Shown one piece after another: positions 63,541 through 64,000 of a stretch of 64,000 bases of DNA. The stretch's first letter is position 1, and each line of letters begins with the position of its first letter. The translations under genes and the position numbers were made by a program. The notes under the pieces were generated by a model, which saw only the letters and a program-made list of their open reading frames with translations, made no database searches and had not been told where the DNA came from. Source of the stretch: Obrimoposthia wandeli (taxonomy: Eukaryota); contig CDROCS010005180.1 of assembly GCA_977020255.1 (NCBI GenBank), forward strand, positions 62,001-126,000. The letters run 5' to 3'.

Positions 63541-64000
63541 GTACTACTAAAAATTTGGTTCTGGTTTTGTTCGGTTCTGTTTTTTCTTACGGTGTATTGC
63601 TATAGGGAATATTAGTACCTACATGTGTTTACTATGGATATAGATTTCAAATCTTATCTTATTTGTAGAAGTTAATATTAACGAATTTACTCTTATACAT
63701 TTACTTCAAAATGATGACAAAGAAATAATTGAAGTTATAATTGCTGGTATAGAAGGTTTTACAAGGCCATTTAAGAATTCTTTATAGTACATTTCATAAT
63801 ATATTTATGGAAAAAATACTATACAGTTCCATAAATTCCAAAGCTTACTTGCTGTCCAGTGTGTGCAGTAAATGTTTTTGATGGAATTCTGATATACAAC
63901 TATTATTAGAATTTACATAACCGTTTTGGTAAAAGTTTTTTTTAATCTCAACAGTGGTACCAACAAATCGGACACATGGAAATATCTTTACACGTTTATT

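Noticed and set aside
1-64000. tRNA, rRNA or prokaryotic operon features; host species assignment
   Set aside because: No cloverleaf or rRNA-like segment recognised. Composition and intron size alone do not identify the taxon.

Overview
AT-rich animal (probably invertebrate) genomic DNA with very short introns (about 35-46 nt), mostly made of decayed mobile elements. Host genes: DDX6/Me31B (+, 25.4-27.4 kb, two coding exons), an 8-exon SLC25A46 (-, 35.3-37.1 kb) and exons of an unidentified + strand gene spread over 48.9-63.5 kb. Mobile DNA: a deleted BEL/Pao element (0-3.2 kb), a decayed Polinton/Maverick-like region (about 4.4-23.5 kb; pPolB, protease, penton, integrase, packaging ATPase), a Buster-type hAT, a full-length dead mariner, Tc1/hAT/LINE/gypsy remnants, and a gypsy-like element with nested tandem arrays (40.8-47 kb). 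Most notable: (1) a gypsy-like element whose order appears to be gag, chuvirus-type glycoprotein, pol; (2) a TBP-like gene, spliced acidic-repeat paralogs in inverted orientation and two intact paralogous ORFs around the Polinton core; (3) a type I hammerhead ribozyme at 7288-7340 (-); (4) a 39-nt GC-AG intron-like insert with an 11-bp flanking repeat in the hAT transposase; (5) a splice-dependent Q/N-rich tail on DDX6. All family calls come from manual translation and motif recognition; no database search was run.
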